Positions 48,035-57,617 are shown, counted from the stretch's first letter. The stretch is DNA of 64,000 bases from an uncultured virus (IMG/VR IMGVR_UViG_3300031912_000006) (IMGVR_UViG_3300031912_000006), one strand, 5' to 3'. The notes: generated by a model from the sequence alone, not told the origin. A program made the numbers and translations.

Positions 48035-50304
48035 ATCTCCTTCACTAGTATGTTGGTGCCGAAACCGTCGCGCTTTCGGCCTTTTACGATGAGCACGTCT
48101 TTGCCGTTTGTCCGTAGTGTCTCCAATCTATCGGCAAATCTGTTGAAGTCAAAGCGATTAATGCGGCAGTGAACGTCCTCATCACCATCGTCTATACACT
48201 TGACCACACACAGTTTCGTTAGCTCCGGTTCATCTATCTCAGCCAGTATCTCTTCTGTCGTCTTGTCGGTCCTGGCGCGCTCGTCTTCCACGATGTCCTT
48301 GTATTCCTTCGCTACCGGAATACCAACCCACACAACATCAAACGAGCCATCCATGGCCAGGTCATCGCTCGTGTGCGTAGGGTCAGGGATACCAGGGAAA
48401 CTGCCGGCTGCTATATCCCCACGAATCTCCTCAAGAATGCGATGAATCCTGTTGATGCCGAACGGGTCTGGGTCAGCCGCGAACAGCTTAATGCGCTCAA
48501 TAGTCTTGGGTCCAATCCCCTTGACCTTAATGAGGTCGTCCCAAGTAGGCGCGGTTTCCCAGTGCGTCGATTCCAGGTAATCCACAATAGCTCGTGCGTA
48601 TTTGGGCCCAATTCCCTTGATCTGTAAGAAACCCGCGCACACAGTACGCTTGTCGGTTCGTGTCCAGCTGACTTGAGAGTCCACAATGTCAGGTGGTACC
48701 ACTTTAATCCCGTGCCGCATAGCATCTTTGATGAGCTTTGTTCGCTTGTACTCATCGTCAGCTTTCCTTAGACGAGCCGCGTAGAACGCAGCCGGGTGGT
48801 GCTGCTTGAACCACTGACACCACCATGCGATGATCGCGTAGCCGGTGGAGTGCGCGGTAACGAACGTGTAGGTGGCGCTCGTAACCATGAATCGCCATAT
48901 GCGCAAGGCTAACTGGGCGTCTATACCGTGAAGCTCCAGCGCACCCTTCTCAAATCGGTCATAGAAACTGCCGAACTGCGCCTCACCTAGCTTCTGCGAG
49001 ATGATGTAACGTATCTCGTGGACACGGTCAAGTGGAAACCCGCCAACCTCTTTGATGATCCTGAGGATTTGCTCTTGGAAGATGATCTGGCCGCGTGTCT
49101 GGCGGGTTTCCTGAGTTACGATGGGGTGCAATCGTTTTGGCTGTGCGCGTCCGTGCTTGACGTCGCAGTAGTCGCCAGTTGTGCCAGAGAACAATGGGCC
49201 TGGTCTCGACAGCGAGTTGATATCAACCAGTTCTTGGAACGTATCAGGCCGCACGTCACGGCACACGAGTCTTGTTGCGCGGCCTTCAAATTGGAAGATA
49301 CCAATTACATCACTCCTATGGAAAGCCTTCATTGTCTTGCGGTCGTCTAGCGGGATACGGTACACATCCTCCAACGACATACCGACCATTTCGGCCGCAG
49401 TACCGAGCACGTTCATGGTGCTAAGGCCCAAGATGTCGAGCTTCAAGAAGCCCATGTACTTTGAGTCCTTCTTGTCGTACGCTATGACGGAAGTCTCAAC
49501 ACCCGCAGTTGTTTTCGTGTACGAAGCGCAAGCGTCAGTGATGGGCGTATTCGAGATGACGAGACCAGCCGCGTGGACGCCCATACCACGGTAATTACCT
49601 TCCAATCGGACGGCATTGGCAATTGTCGGATACGCATCCAAAACCTCTTGGGCTCTTGGGAATACGGCAAACGTATCCTCAAGAGAATTGCCCTCCCGCG
49701 AGTCTCCACCACCACGTTCAATGATAAGACGCTTGACTTTGTCTGCCTCCCAACTTGGGATGTGATAGACTCGTGCGACATCGTCTATGCTGTTCTTTCC
49801 CTTGTATCTCATGAAGTTTGCGACTTTACCCGTTTTATCTGCGCCGTAACGACTTGCCGCGTAGTCGAAGACTTCTTGTCTACGCTCATCATCAAAGTCC
49901 AAGTCGATGTCGGGCAAATCGTTTCGGCTTGGGTCGATGAACCTTTCAAAAAGCAGACGGTCAAATACCACGGGATCAATCTCCGTGATACGGAGAAGAT
50001 AGCATACGACGCTAGCAGACGCTGACCCACGTCCAGGTCCAACCGCAATACCATGGTCCTTAGCCCACCTGACAATGTCGCTCGTGACCAGGAAGTAGTC
50101 AACGAAACCTTTGCCAATGATAAGCTCCAACTCCGCTTCCACTCTGTCGATGTATAGCTGGGGTCGGTTGAGCATACTTTCGTTTTGCGTGATGTCAAGG
50201 CGATAATCCCATCCACAATTTAGCCAGTGCCGCAACAGCTTTACTGCCTCATCAGACGGTTTAAGATTGATCGCGTACGTAGTGAGATCAGGTTTTACGA
50301 CCAC
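48013..50304 (-). CDS. dnaE: DnaE-like DNA polymerase III alpha, catalytic part
   Basis: GPGRGS, FERF, PDIDLD, HAAG, KLDILGL, GIFQFE. Confidence 0.95.
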   Translation of the reverse strand: MVVKPDLTTYAINLKPSDEAVKLLRHWLNCGWDYRLDITQNESMLNRPQLYIDRVEAELELIIGKGFVDYFLVTSDIVRWAKDHGIAVGPGRGSASASVVCYLLRITEIDPVVFDRLLFERFIDPSRNDLPDIDLDFDDERRQEVFDYAASRYGADKTGKVANFMRYKGKNSIDDVARVYHIPSWEADKVKRLIIERGGGDSREGNSLEDTFAVFPRAQEVLDAYPTIANAVRLEGNYRGMGVHAAGLVISNTPITDACASYTKTTAGVETSVIAYDKKDSKYMGFLKLDILGLSTMNVLGTAAEMVGMSLEDVYRIPLDDRKTMKAFHRSDVIGIFQFEGRATRLVCRDVRPDTFQELVDINSLSRPGPLFSGTTGDYCDVKHGRAQPKRLHPIVTQETRQTRGQIIFQEQILRIIKEVGGFPLDRVHEIRYIISQKLGEAQFGSFYDRFEKGALELHGIDAQLALRIWRFMVTSATYTFVTAHSTGYAIIAWWCQWFKQHHPAAFYAARLRKADDEYKRTKLIKDAMRHGIKVVPPDIVDSQVSWTRTDKRTVCAGFLQIKGIGPKYARAIVDYLESTHWETAPTWDDLIKVKGIGPKTIERIKLFAADPDPFGINRIHRILEEIRGDIAAGSFPGIPDPTHTSDDLAMDGSFDVVWVGIPVAKEYKDIVEDERARTDKTTEEILAEIDEPELTKLCVVKCIDDGDEDVHCRINRFDFNRFADRLETLRTNGKDVLIVKGRKRDGFGTNILVKEMWGLCLD

Positions 50305-51236
50305 GGTAGCCAGTCCTTCCCCTCAATTGGATACCGCAGCGGTTCTACCTTTGCGAGCTTCACGTCACAACGATCAGCTATCACCCCGGTGTTCGAGAGT
50401 GCTTGTAACGCACCATCTTCCGTTAACCCCGTGCCCAAAAGGTCTTGGTACACGCGCTCGTCGCTCTCTGGTATGTCTAGTGTTACGTTGTACTCCCAAG
50501 CCGCTTCTGTGGCGGATACGCTAGAACCACGGTGAGCCGCATGAAGAACCTTCTGCATCTCGTTGTCTCTAGCATAGACATAATGACAGTCGCTCGTCGC
50601 AGCAAGTTGTGCTCCGGTGTCTCTGGAAATGCGCTCGTAGGCCTGATTGATCTTACAAGTTCGACGCAGCGCAGGAAAGCGCTGAGTTTCAAGGTAGTAC
50701 CTGTCGCCAAATACCTCTTGGTACCATTCCACGACCCCAAGGGCACGCCGATATTGCTCTGGGTCGAATCTGAATCCTGGTGCACCGTAAGACTTTCCAC
50801 CAAAGAGCGTGCAGGCAAGCACCGAATCAGAACATCCAGAGAGTACAATGAGTCCGTCACTAAACTCCTCAAGCATCTCAACGTGAATCGTCGGAAACCG
50901 TGTCTTGCTGGTTCTCCCAATGGTTTTCCACGACTCAACGACTAACTTGTTCAGGTTTGAATAACCAGCCTGCGTCATGGCTAGGATGGTCTGATGGCAC
51001 TTCCTGCGCTCGTTGGGCGGGGCAACGTAACCCTCAAGGCCGAACAGCGGTTTGATGCCAAACTTGGTACACGCCTTCTCAAGCTGTACATGGCTCGACA
51101 CGTTACCTCAACCATGTTCCGTCAACGCCATAGCTTTCATACCAAGCGTTGCACAACGCTCAACATGTTCTTCAGGCAAACCATAACCATCTCCATATGA
51201 AAAAGTCGAATGGTGGTGTAACGAAACATAATCCAT
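50295..51236 (-). CDS. dnaE: DnaE PHP domain gene with an in-frame UGA at codon 43 (51108-51110)
   Basis: GGAGGTGA SD and ATG 51236 give MDYVSLHHHSTFSYGDG...ALTEHG*GNVSSHVQ..., continuing in frame to 50295 with the later PHP motif ATSDCHY. Confidence 0.85.
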
Positions 51237-51241
51237 TTATA

Positions 51242-51691
51242 TCACCTCCCACGATGATAACGGCGGGTGTTATCGCCTGGTGTTATTTCTTCTAAGTGAT
51301 CTGTGTTCCAACAATTTTTACGTTCACACATATGATCAACTGTCATGCCTCGCGTTAAAGTTTCGCCATCTAAGATTAACGCTAACCTGTGTATTCGCAC
51401 AAATTTACCGTGATACCAAATCTGTTGATACTTATGAATTTTGTCTATACCATCATATAGCCAACACGGAGTATCAAAATTTGGATGTTTAACGACATCC
51501 GTTCTAGCCCAAAGCCTATCAAGTACAGGCTGTTCCTTTCGCCCAGCACGCTCCTTATAGACACATACCCTATCTGAATGAGCAACTACTTGCCCATCGC
51601 CAGTGCGGTAGTCTACTGCAGATTCATAATCTGAAAGTATTGGCTCGCAATAGATTCCGGTGTTTATCGGAGCTTTACTCACGTTCGTCAT
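51242..51691 (-). mobile_element. HNH homing endonuclease gene
   Basis: CWLY...IHRL...VDHMCERKNCWNTDHL..ITPGDN; core about 36% GC by hand count. Confidence 0.85.
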
Positions 51692-51703
51692 TACGGGTCA
51701 ATC

Positions 51704-52246
51704 CTAGTCCCTTTTAGCCTGTTTAGGATCGAGTAGGGCTAATAAAAGGTGACCAATTAAGTCCATCATGATCTCTGGAACCTGCTCTCCCACAAGAGGT
51801 TTGCCATCCCACAACGCCTTCTTCAGCTTACCAACCTTGCGCCACAGGTCAACAAATTGACCTTTAGCACCTAGTTTGAACTCATCGAAGTCGTCACCGT
51901 AATCCTTGTTCTTATTGAGGAATAGCTCCAACACCTTTGGCAATACGCAGAGTAGAATGCGCTCTGATTGTACCGTTGGTGGGTTAGCAATTTCAATCGT
52001 GATCAGGCCCAAGCTATGGTTGATGTTATCCGGCTCACCCCAAGCGCGCACACGAATCTCGTGTAATGGCAATGGATTTGGCTCAACCTCCATGGGCACT
52101 CCTGGGTTGGCATTCATCACTTCGCTCATGACTTCAGCGGTAGGTCGTAACCCAGCTTGATCGCGTATTACGTCTGCTTGCGATGTGCTTGGATAGCCGG
52201 GGTAACCGCGCTCTTCAAGTTTCTTCGCCATGTAATCATCAGTCAT
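51704..52246 (-). CDS. Nucleotide-modification-associated (Nmad1/DUF1599-like) protein
   Basis: KNKDYGD...G...DLWRKV.KL motif. Confidence 0.7.
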   Translation of the reverse strand: MTDDYMAKKLEERGYPGYPSTSQADVIRDQAGLRPTAEVMSEVMNANPGVPMEVEPNPLPLHEIRVRAWGEPDNINHSLGLITIEIANPPTVQSERILLCVLPKVLELFLNKNKDYGDDFDEFKLGAKGQFVDLWRKVGKLKKALWDGKPLVGEQVPEIMMDLIGHLLLALLDPKQAKRD

Positions 52247-53097
52247 CGCATGTACTCCAATCGTTTCGTGACGTCCTTGAAGGCGTCAGTTGTCAGTATG
52301 CCCTTCTGCCATTGACCGTATCGGCCTACATGTAGCCAGCTATTCCACGGGCAGTTCATCCCAGATGGTATGTACCGCAACGGCTTAACTAATCGGCTAG
52401 GCTCTTTGCCCGTCATGGCTGTGATCTCGACACCACGCATCCATGCCGGCCACTCAACCGTCTTGTACCCGAACACATTTGAAAGCCGGTTGTATGCAAC
52501 GAATTTGCTGCCGTTACACTCAATCGTCATATCGTCTATCTCATAGGGTACGAATGTTCCGTTTTCTGGCGCGTCACCGATAGCCCACCCTAGCGAGTAG
52601 ATGAACTGATCATCGCTTACCGCCCACATATTGCGCGGCACAGTCGATATCACCAAGTCGAAAGACTCAATGTCTAGCTCGTGCCGTAGGTGGAGGTATG
52701 GGTGCTCTCTGGCCCAATCCGGCTTGCCGTTTTCCATTAAGCGGCTTGGGATTTGGAAGTCCTCCACGCACCCGCCGTACATCAGCCACAGTCGGTGGTA
52801 GGCTTCGCGGATGTCCCAGGCCATGTGCTCTGTCTCAAAGTCCTCTGGCGCAATGATACCGTCCCAGAACTTGCCGTGCGTCTTGCGCCGATACTCTTCT
52901 GGCGTACCAACATTCACGTACGTAACGTGACGGCCTTCATCCTCTTTGATCACACCTGGGATTGGCTCGTGAAGGTATTGGGAGCCGTACAGTTGGCTCT
53001 TACGTCGCTTGGAGAATATGCGGAAGTCAGCGTCAGCTAGGGCGCAAGCGTGCGCCGCCAGCAATCCTGTTGGGCCGCAACCTAATATCGCTATCAT
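52243..53097 (-). CDS. FAD/NAD-binding oxidoreductase (start re-called at MIAILG)
   Basis: GCGPTG Rossmann motif; GSQYLH; C-terminal GRYGQW. Confidence 0.75.
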   Translation of the reverse strand: MIAILGCGPTGLLAAHACALADADFRIFSKRRKSQLYGSQYLHEPIPGVIKEDEGRHVTYVNVGTPEEYRRKTHGKFWDGIIAPEDFETEHMAWDIREAYHRLWLMYGGCVEDFQIPSRLMENGKPDWAREHPYLHLRHELDIESFDLVISTVPRNMWAVSDDQFIYSLGWAIGDAPENGTFVPYEIDDMTIECNGSKFVAYNRLSNVFGYKTVEWPAWMRGVEITAMTGKEPSRLVKPLRYIPSGMNCPWNSWLHVGRYGQWQKGILTTDAFKDVTKRLEYMR

Positions 53098-53379
53098 TGC
53101 TTTGCTCCGTGGCATTTGCGTCGGTGGTACTTCCGCCACCGAACGTGGTTTGGTGTGCTGTCGTTGCCCCAGTCGGTTAAGCCGCAGCCACCAATATACG
53201 GGTTACACATGTACAGCTGAGCACTACCTAGCGCCGGAATCATGTCCAGGCGCAGGATTAGGTCTTTGTCGTAATTTGGCAAGTTCTCTCCCCAAATCGC
53301 AATGGAGGCAAAGCCACCCGTGCTTCGTCCACACCATAGGACAACCGCACGGGCAGCTTCGCTCGGACATGATTACGAA

Positions 53380-54126
53380 TCAGAACGGTGGACGCTTGCG
53401 ACTGCCAGACTTGGCTGTCTCCTTGGCGTCTTGCTCGTCGGAGATGTCTTCGTCATCGTCGCCTTCATCCTCTTCATCTTCGTAGTCCTCATCTTCTTCG
53501 TAGTCCTCCTCATCGTCTTCTTCGTCACCAATGAGGTCGTCATCTTCATCATCGTCTTGCGGCTCAACAGCTTTCGGCTTCTCGCCGAGATACGGAAGGT
53601 AGCCGGCAATTTCAGGACGGTAGTTGCCGTTCTGGTCTTGGCCTGCGCGAGTGACGATTTGGATCATGACTTCACCGTTGGGCGAATTGATCGGAACGCG
53701 ACCGATTTTGGTGATGTGGGTTTCCTTATCACCGCGCTTGTTCTCAACTCGCTTGTAGTCTGGGCCTTTGTCCTCATCCCAGAACACGGCTTCGATTGCG
53801 CGCTTGGCTCTTTCAGAACCGTCCGTCAGAGCGTGAAGGAATGCGTTGACGAAACCTTGGGACTGCTCAATGATGTTGAGCCCATCCCAAACCGGCGCAC
53901 CGTGGTATTCCTCTTTGCCCTTGAGGTTTGCGGTCTGAACCTCCATGAGCAGTCGGATACGCGGCTTGCCCTTATTCACGGTGTTGGAGGCAATCCTGAT
54001 GACCTCCATGCGCTTAACCTTGGCGGGCCAGCTGCCTTTCGGCAGTTCCGGTCCATCGTAGCCCAGCCCACCGGCCTTGCTTGGCGGCACACCCTTACCG
54101 GATATGTCCCACTTCATCTTAGGCAT
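53380..54126 (-). CDS. SSB-like protein with a long acidic tail
   Basis: Follows the AAA ATPase; Asp/Glu tract ending in PPF. Confidence 0.6.
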   Translation of the reverse strand: MPKMKWDISGKGVPPSKAGGLGYDGPELPKGSWPAKVKRMEVIRIASNTVNKGKPRIRLLMEVQTANLKGKEEYHGAPVWDGLNIIEQSQGFVNAFLHALTDGSERAKRAIEAVFWDEDKGPDYKRVENKRGDKETHITKIGRVPINSPNGEVMIQIVTRAGQDQNGNYRPEIAGYLPYLGEKPKAVEPQDDDEDDDLIGDEEDDEEDYEEDEDYEDEEDEGDDDEDISDEQDAKETAKSGSRKRPPF

Positions 54127-55054
54127 CTGTTTCCTCCTCAATCCCAACCATGTCGGCTGCCTCGTCGACAGAGTCTTGCGTTGCCTTCACCAGACTCATT
54201 GGGTTACTTTCCTTTTCACCGTTGCGGTTGCTACGGCGATTGCGCTTGTTGGGTACAACCCGCCCAGGCGCAGGCTGCTGCGGTCCTGCTTCTAACAGTT
54301 CCCGTAGCTCTTTGAGATTGCCAATATGGCCTTCTCGTATAACAGTTTTCGGCTCCAAGCACCGCGTACGGTCCTTGGCCATGACGGTTTTGCTTCCGCG
54401 CCACTGGATTACGCGATACTCCTCATAAACCGCGTGGCCGTCTTCATCAGTTCCCGTCCTACGCCGAACAACTCGCATGTTGCCGAAGCTCGTCATCCAG
54501 CTGGCCGTCGCCTTGGCGTACTGCGTGCCCTTGCCCTGGAGCATTGGGATCACGACCTTGTCGCCTTCTTCGTTCTCATCCTCCATCTGGAGCGCGGTGT
54601 AGAGAACGTTACACGGTAAAGCGTTGAAGCTCTTGACAAGTCGCCGGAACTTCTCGTAATACGGCACCCAGTCCTGAAGCTGCGGTACGTCAGGATCACG
54701 ACCAGGATTTAGCTCAACGCCTTGGTCAAGGATATGCCGCATACACATCTGCTGCATTTCCGTAAGGCTGTCTAGCACAACCCAATTGAACGGTATCGGG
54801 TCTTGCTCGCGCAGCCAGTTGTAGGCATCTTGAATGTCGGCCCACGTGTGGATTTTCCACTTCATCGCCGTTGAGCCAAATCGCTTGGCGCTCAACGTGC
54901 CGTTGTCTTCCGGCGCGATGAACAGCACGTCATCATCAGACCCTGCGAACACGGTCTTGCCCACGCCGCTGTCGGCGTAGATCATGAGGTTGACGTACTC
55001 ATCCTCATCCTGTAACGAGATGATCTCGTCAGGAAATTGCACTTTCATTGTCAC
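54119..55054 (-). CDS. AAA (Sak4/AAA_24-like) ATPase
   Basis: YADSGVGKT, VVLDSLTE, AKDR. Confidence 0.85.
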   Translation of the reverse strand: MTMKVQFPDEIISLQDEDEYVNLMIYADSGVGKTVFAGSDDDVLFIAPEDNGTLSAKRFGSTAMKWKIHTWADIQDAYNWLREQDPIPFNWVVLDSLTEMQQMCMRHILDQGVELNPGRDPDVPQLQDWVPYYEKFRRLVKSFNALPCNVLYTALQMEDENEEGDKVVIPMLQGKGTQYAKATASWMTSFGNMRVVRRRTGTDEDGHAVYEEYRVIQWRGSKTVMAKDRTRCLEPKTVIREGHIGNLKELRELLEAGPQQPAPGRVVPNKRNRRSNRNGEKESNPMSLVKATQDSVDEAADMVGIEEETDA

Positions 55055-55248
55055 ATGAATTCCTGTTCCTTGTATGGTGCTTCGTCCATTCGGACAACGT
55101 ACCTTTCGATTTCCTCAACTTTGGCTAGGATCCAGTCTGCATCAACGCCTTTCACTCGTTTCAATGCTTTCTGCCTCAAAACCCTTGTCTTGAAACGGTC
55201 TAACTCGACCATTCCACGATCCTTAACTCTGGCAACAATTTTGATCAC
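55051..55248 (-). CDS. Hypothetical protein
   Basis: 65 aa, coupled at both ends. Confidence 0.6.
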   Translation of the reverse strand: MIKIVARVKDRGMVELDRFKTRVLRQKALKRVKGVDADWILAKVEEIERYVVRMDEAPYKEQEFM

Positions 55249-56438
55249 CTCACCTTCTTGCTATTGTCCGCACCCTCACGGTGATCCGCGTAAGGATCGA
55301 ATGTCTTCATCGCAGTCTCAATGAAATACTCTGTGTCACCTCCACTTTCGTCAAGCTCACACAGGTCGAAGAACTTACACCACGGGCAGTCCTTCGTCGG
55401 AGTCTTCAGTACAGGCAACCTGCCGCCGCGTACCTCAGCCATCACTCGCGCTTCTTCGCTGATGCGAACGATCTGGCGCTGCCGTTCCTTCGGAGTACGC
55501 GGCACAAAGTAGCGCAGGAAGTTGTCTGTGCTCTGGTCTGCGCTGATGTCGCCGTAGACCGGACCAACGCACTGCTGAGCGCAAATCGCTTCTAGGTCAG
55601 TCATTTTCAGCTTCATCAATCCTTCGCGGTCGCTCTCCACGTAGTCGCTGTCCAAGTGCGTGACGAGAGCGTCTATGTAGTGGCGCTTTTGGGGATTGTT
55701 ACGGGCCTGATTATTGACGTCGCGTGGGCGAGTGTCGAGCTTGGCGCGCTTGATGATGTTCCACTCCATGCCGGCAATGACTTGATCCTTCTCGATAAGT
55801 CCTTGGCGCTGAAGGGAATGCGTGCCCACGGCGATGTACGTGGACGGCTGCTCGTCTAGCGTTAGGTGGCGGGTTTCAATCTTCGTCATCGTCTTGTGGT
55901 CCACCATCTTGATGAGCGGCCTGCCCTTTGGGTCCTCCTGGTTGAGGTCACGGTAGCAAAGGTCAATCGTTCCAACCAATTTCACGATTGGTGTGTAAAC
56001 CCGCCTGCCCTTCTTCGACTCCATACGCGGCACCCGCACATCCGGTATCAGGACATCAAACCGGCGCTCGGCGTCTAGCACGTCCCAGTGCGGGTCACCT
56101 TGGTACCGATTTACATATGCGACAAGCAATTCCGCGCCAAGCGTGTAGAAGTCCTCCCACTTGGCCACCAGCTCATCGTCGCGTACCTCCATCGTCCTGA
56201 CGGTGGTGATCATGTCCTTGGCTAGTTGCTCCCAAGTCTCGGCAGGATGCGGCCCGCGCTTTAGGCCAGGTAGGTAGTACCCAGCCAGAGCTACGTGGAC
56301 GAGCGTCCCAAACTCCGCTAGCTCCATGCCTCTTGGCATCAGTGGCTCCAGGCCGCGAACGTACTGCTGGTACCACGCCCACTGGCAGCGTTTGAAAGCT
56401 GCTCTCTCGCTCTGCCTTAACAACGGCAACTCAGCCAT
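55245..56438 (-). CDS. Cas4/RecB-like PD-(D/E)xK exonuclease
   Basis: FKRC, FGTLVH, GTID, VDHKT, CPWCKFFDLC. Confidence 0.85.
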   Translation of the reverse strand: MAELPLLRQSERAAFKRCQWAWYQQYVRGLEPLMPRGMELAEFGTLVHVALAGYYLPGLKRGPHPAETWEQLAKDMITTVRTMEVRDDELVAKWEDFYTLGAELLVAYVNRYQGDPHWDVLDAERRFDVLIPDVRVPRMESKKGRRVYTPIVKLVGTIDLCYRDLNQEDPKGRPLIKMVDHKTMTKIETRHLTLDEQPSTYIAVGTHSLQRQGLIEKDQVIAGMEWNIIKRAKLDTRPRDVNNQARNNPQKRHYIDALVTHLDSDYVESDREGLMKLKMTDLEAICAQQCVGPVYGDISADQSTDNFLRYFVPRTPKERQRQIVRISEEARVMAEVRGGRLPVLKTPTKDCPWCKFFDLCELDESGGDTEYFIETAMKTFDPYADHREGADNSKKVR

Positions 56439-56565
56439 TCGTAGTCTCCTGCGCGAAAGTTTGTTTGTCTGCACATGAATGGTATTGCGTATCAACGTGA
56501 ATGAACCCCGTGCCGCAACGGGCACAGGGCTCAATCTCTTGTTGGCAGTGTGGGCACTCAGGCAT
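56431..56565 (-). CDS. Small Cys-rich protein
   Basis: CPHC..CARC. Confidence 0.5.
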   Translation of the reverse strand: MPECPHCQQEIEPCARCGTGFIHVDTQYHSCADKQTFAQETTNG

Positions 56566-56776
56566 CGTATTCCCTTGCGATGCAATCGGAGCACATCTTG
56601 TAGGTGACCGGCTCTCCGTCGAAGATAGCGAATTGCCGGCGGTACTTCTCGCCTGGGTTGATGGTACGCTTGCAGCTGTTACACACATGTGCCCGTTTAG
56701 CTTTGATGCGCCTATCGCTCAGGAGTAAGCCGGTATCTTCCGGCTCACGGGTCAACCAGTCGTCAAGACCTCTCAT
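56558..56776 (-). CDS. Small Zn-finger protein
   Basis: HVCNSC..I.PGEKY...CSDC. Confidence 0.65.
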   Translation of the reverse strand: MRGLDDWLTREPEDTGLLLSDRRIKAKRAHVCNSCKRTINPGEKYRRQFAIFDGEPVTYKMCSDCIAREYDA

Positions 56777-57096
56777 AGCATCTCGCTGATCTTGATGTTG
56801 ATGTAGTGGGTGCCGTCGTGCTTAGTCTTGATGCGCAGTTGCCCTTCTAACGGCGAAACACGTTGGAAGTCAACATGGATCACGCCTTCTGGCTTACCGC
56901 CGAATGGCCAAATCCACTTCTCGTTGTCGATGGTCCAAAGCTTCCCAAAGATCGCATGGGCTACTTGGTGTTTCAACGATTTGCTTTCACGCATCGCTCG
57001 GCGCTCATCACGCTCAAGCATTTTCTTGCAATTCGGGTTGTGTTCACCAGGTCTGGTGGACCAGCAACACTCTTGGGTACTCGGCGCTTTAGTCAC
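56773..57096 (-). CDS. Hypothetical protein
   Basis: 107 aa, 4-nt overlaps. Confidence 0.6.
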   Translation of the reverse strand: MTKAPSTQECCWSTRPGEHNPNCKKMLERDERRAMRESKSLKHQVAHAIFGKLWTIDNEKWIWPFGGKPEGVIHVDFQRVSPLEGQLRIKTKHDGTHYINIKISEML

Positions 57097-57617
57097 GATT
57101 GCTTCCTTTTGGGCATGTCGGATGGAGTCGGGTGATGCTCAGTTCCCATGGGCGGCACCAACGGTGCGTTGGTCGCCACCCATGGCGAACCTTTACCACC
57201 CGGTTGAACAATCAGCTTATCCTTCAGCAGCGATGCGGTACGACTCCACACCGTAGCCTTGCCCGTGTGGAAGTGCTCGCATAGCTGATCCGTAGTGCGG
57301 CCGTTCTTGTAGCTAGCGATGTAATCGTATGTCTCCGCTACAATCCGCGACGTACGTGCACCCTGGCTAGCCTTGAGTTGGTAGTACCGGCTGTTGGCTT
57401 TCCGCTCCGCGAGAGCTAAAGCCTTACGGCGCGCTTCGGCGTTCTCCCTACGCGCCACCGTCGTGGCTTCTCGTGTCGGCGCTACCGGCTGCGGAGTAGT
57501 CGCCGGTGCGTACTCCTGTTGGACCGCCCGCATTAGCGCAGCGGCCTCTGCGATGTGGCCGTTCGCCAGGTCAACGTCGAACTCAATGTTGCCTTCCGGC
57601 GTGATGGTAATTCTCAC
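57093..57617 (-). CDS. Winged-HTH protein
   Basis: TTDQLCEHFHTGKATVWSRTASL. Confidence 0.55.
   Translation of the reverse strand: MRITITPEGNIEFDVDLANGHIAEAAALMRAVQQEYAPATTPQPVAPTREATTVARRENAEARRKALALAERKANSRYYQLKASQGARTSRIVAETYDYIASYKNGRTTDQLCEHFHTGKATVWSRTASLLKDKLIVQPGGKGSPWVATNAPLVPPMGTEHHPTPSDMPKRKQS

Noticed and set aside
27714..50304. Inteins or introns in terL, primase-helicase or dnaE
   Set aside because: Lengths are ordinary, and no C...HN-(C/S/T) intein boundaries or reading-frame gaps were seen.
53302..54315. 337-aa plus-strand ORF with a hydrophobic stretch
   Set aside because: Antisense mirror of the Asp/Glu-rich SSB-like gene.
55245..56438. Cas4-like gene as evidence of CRISPR
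   Set aside because: No repeat-spacer array or other cas genes; stand-alone Cas4-like nucleases are common in phage recombination modules.
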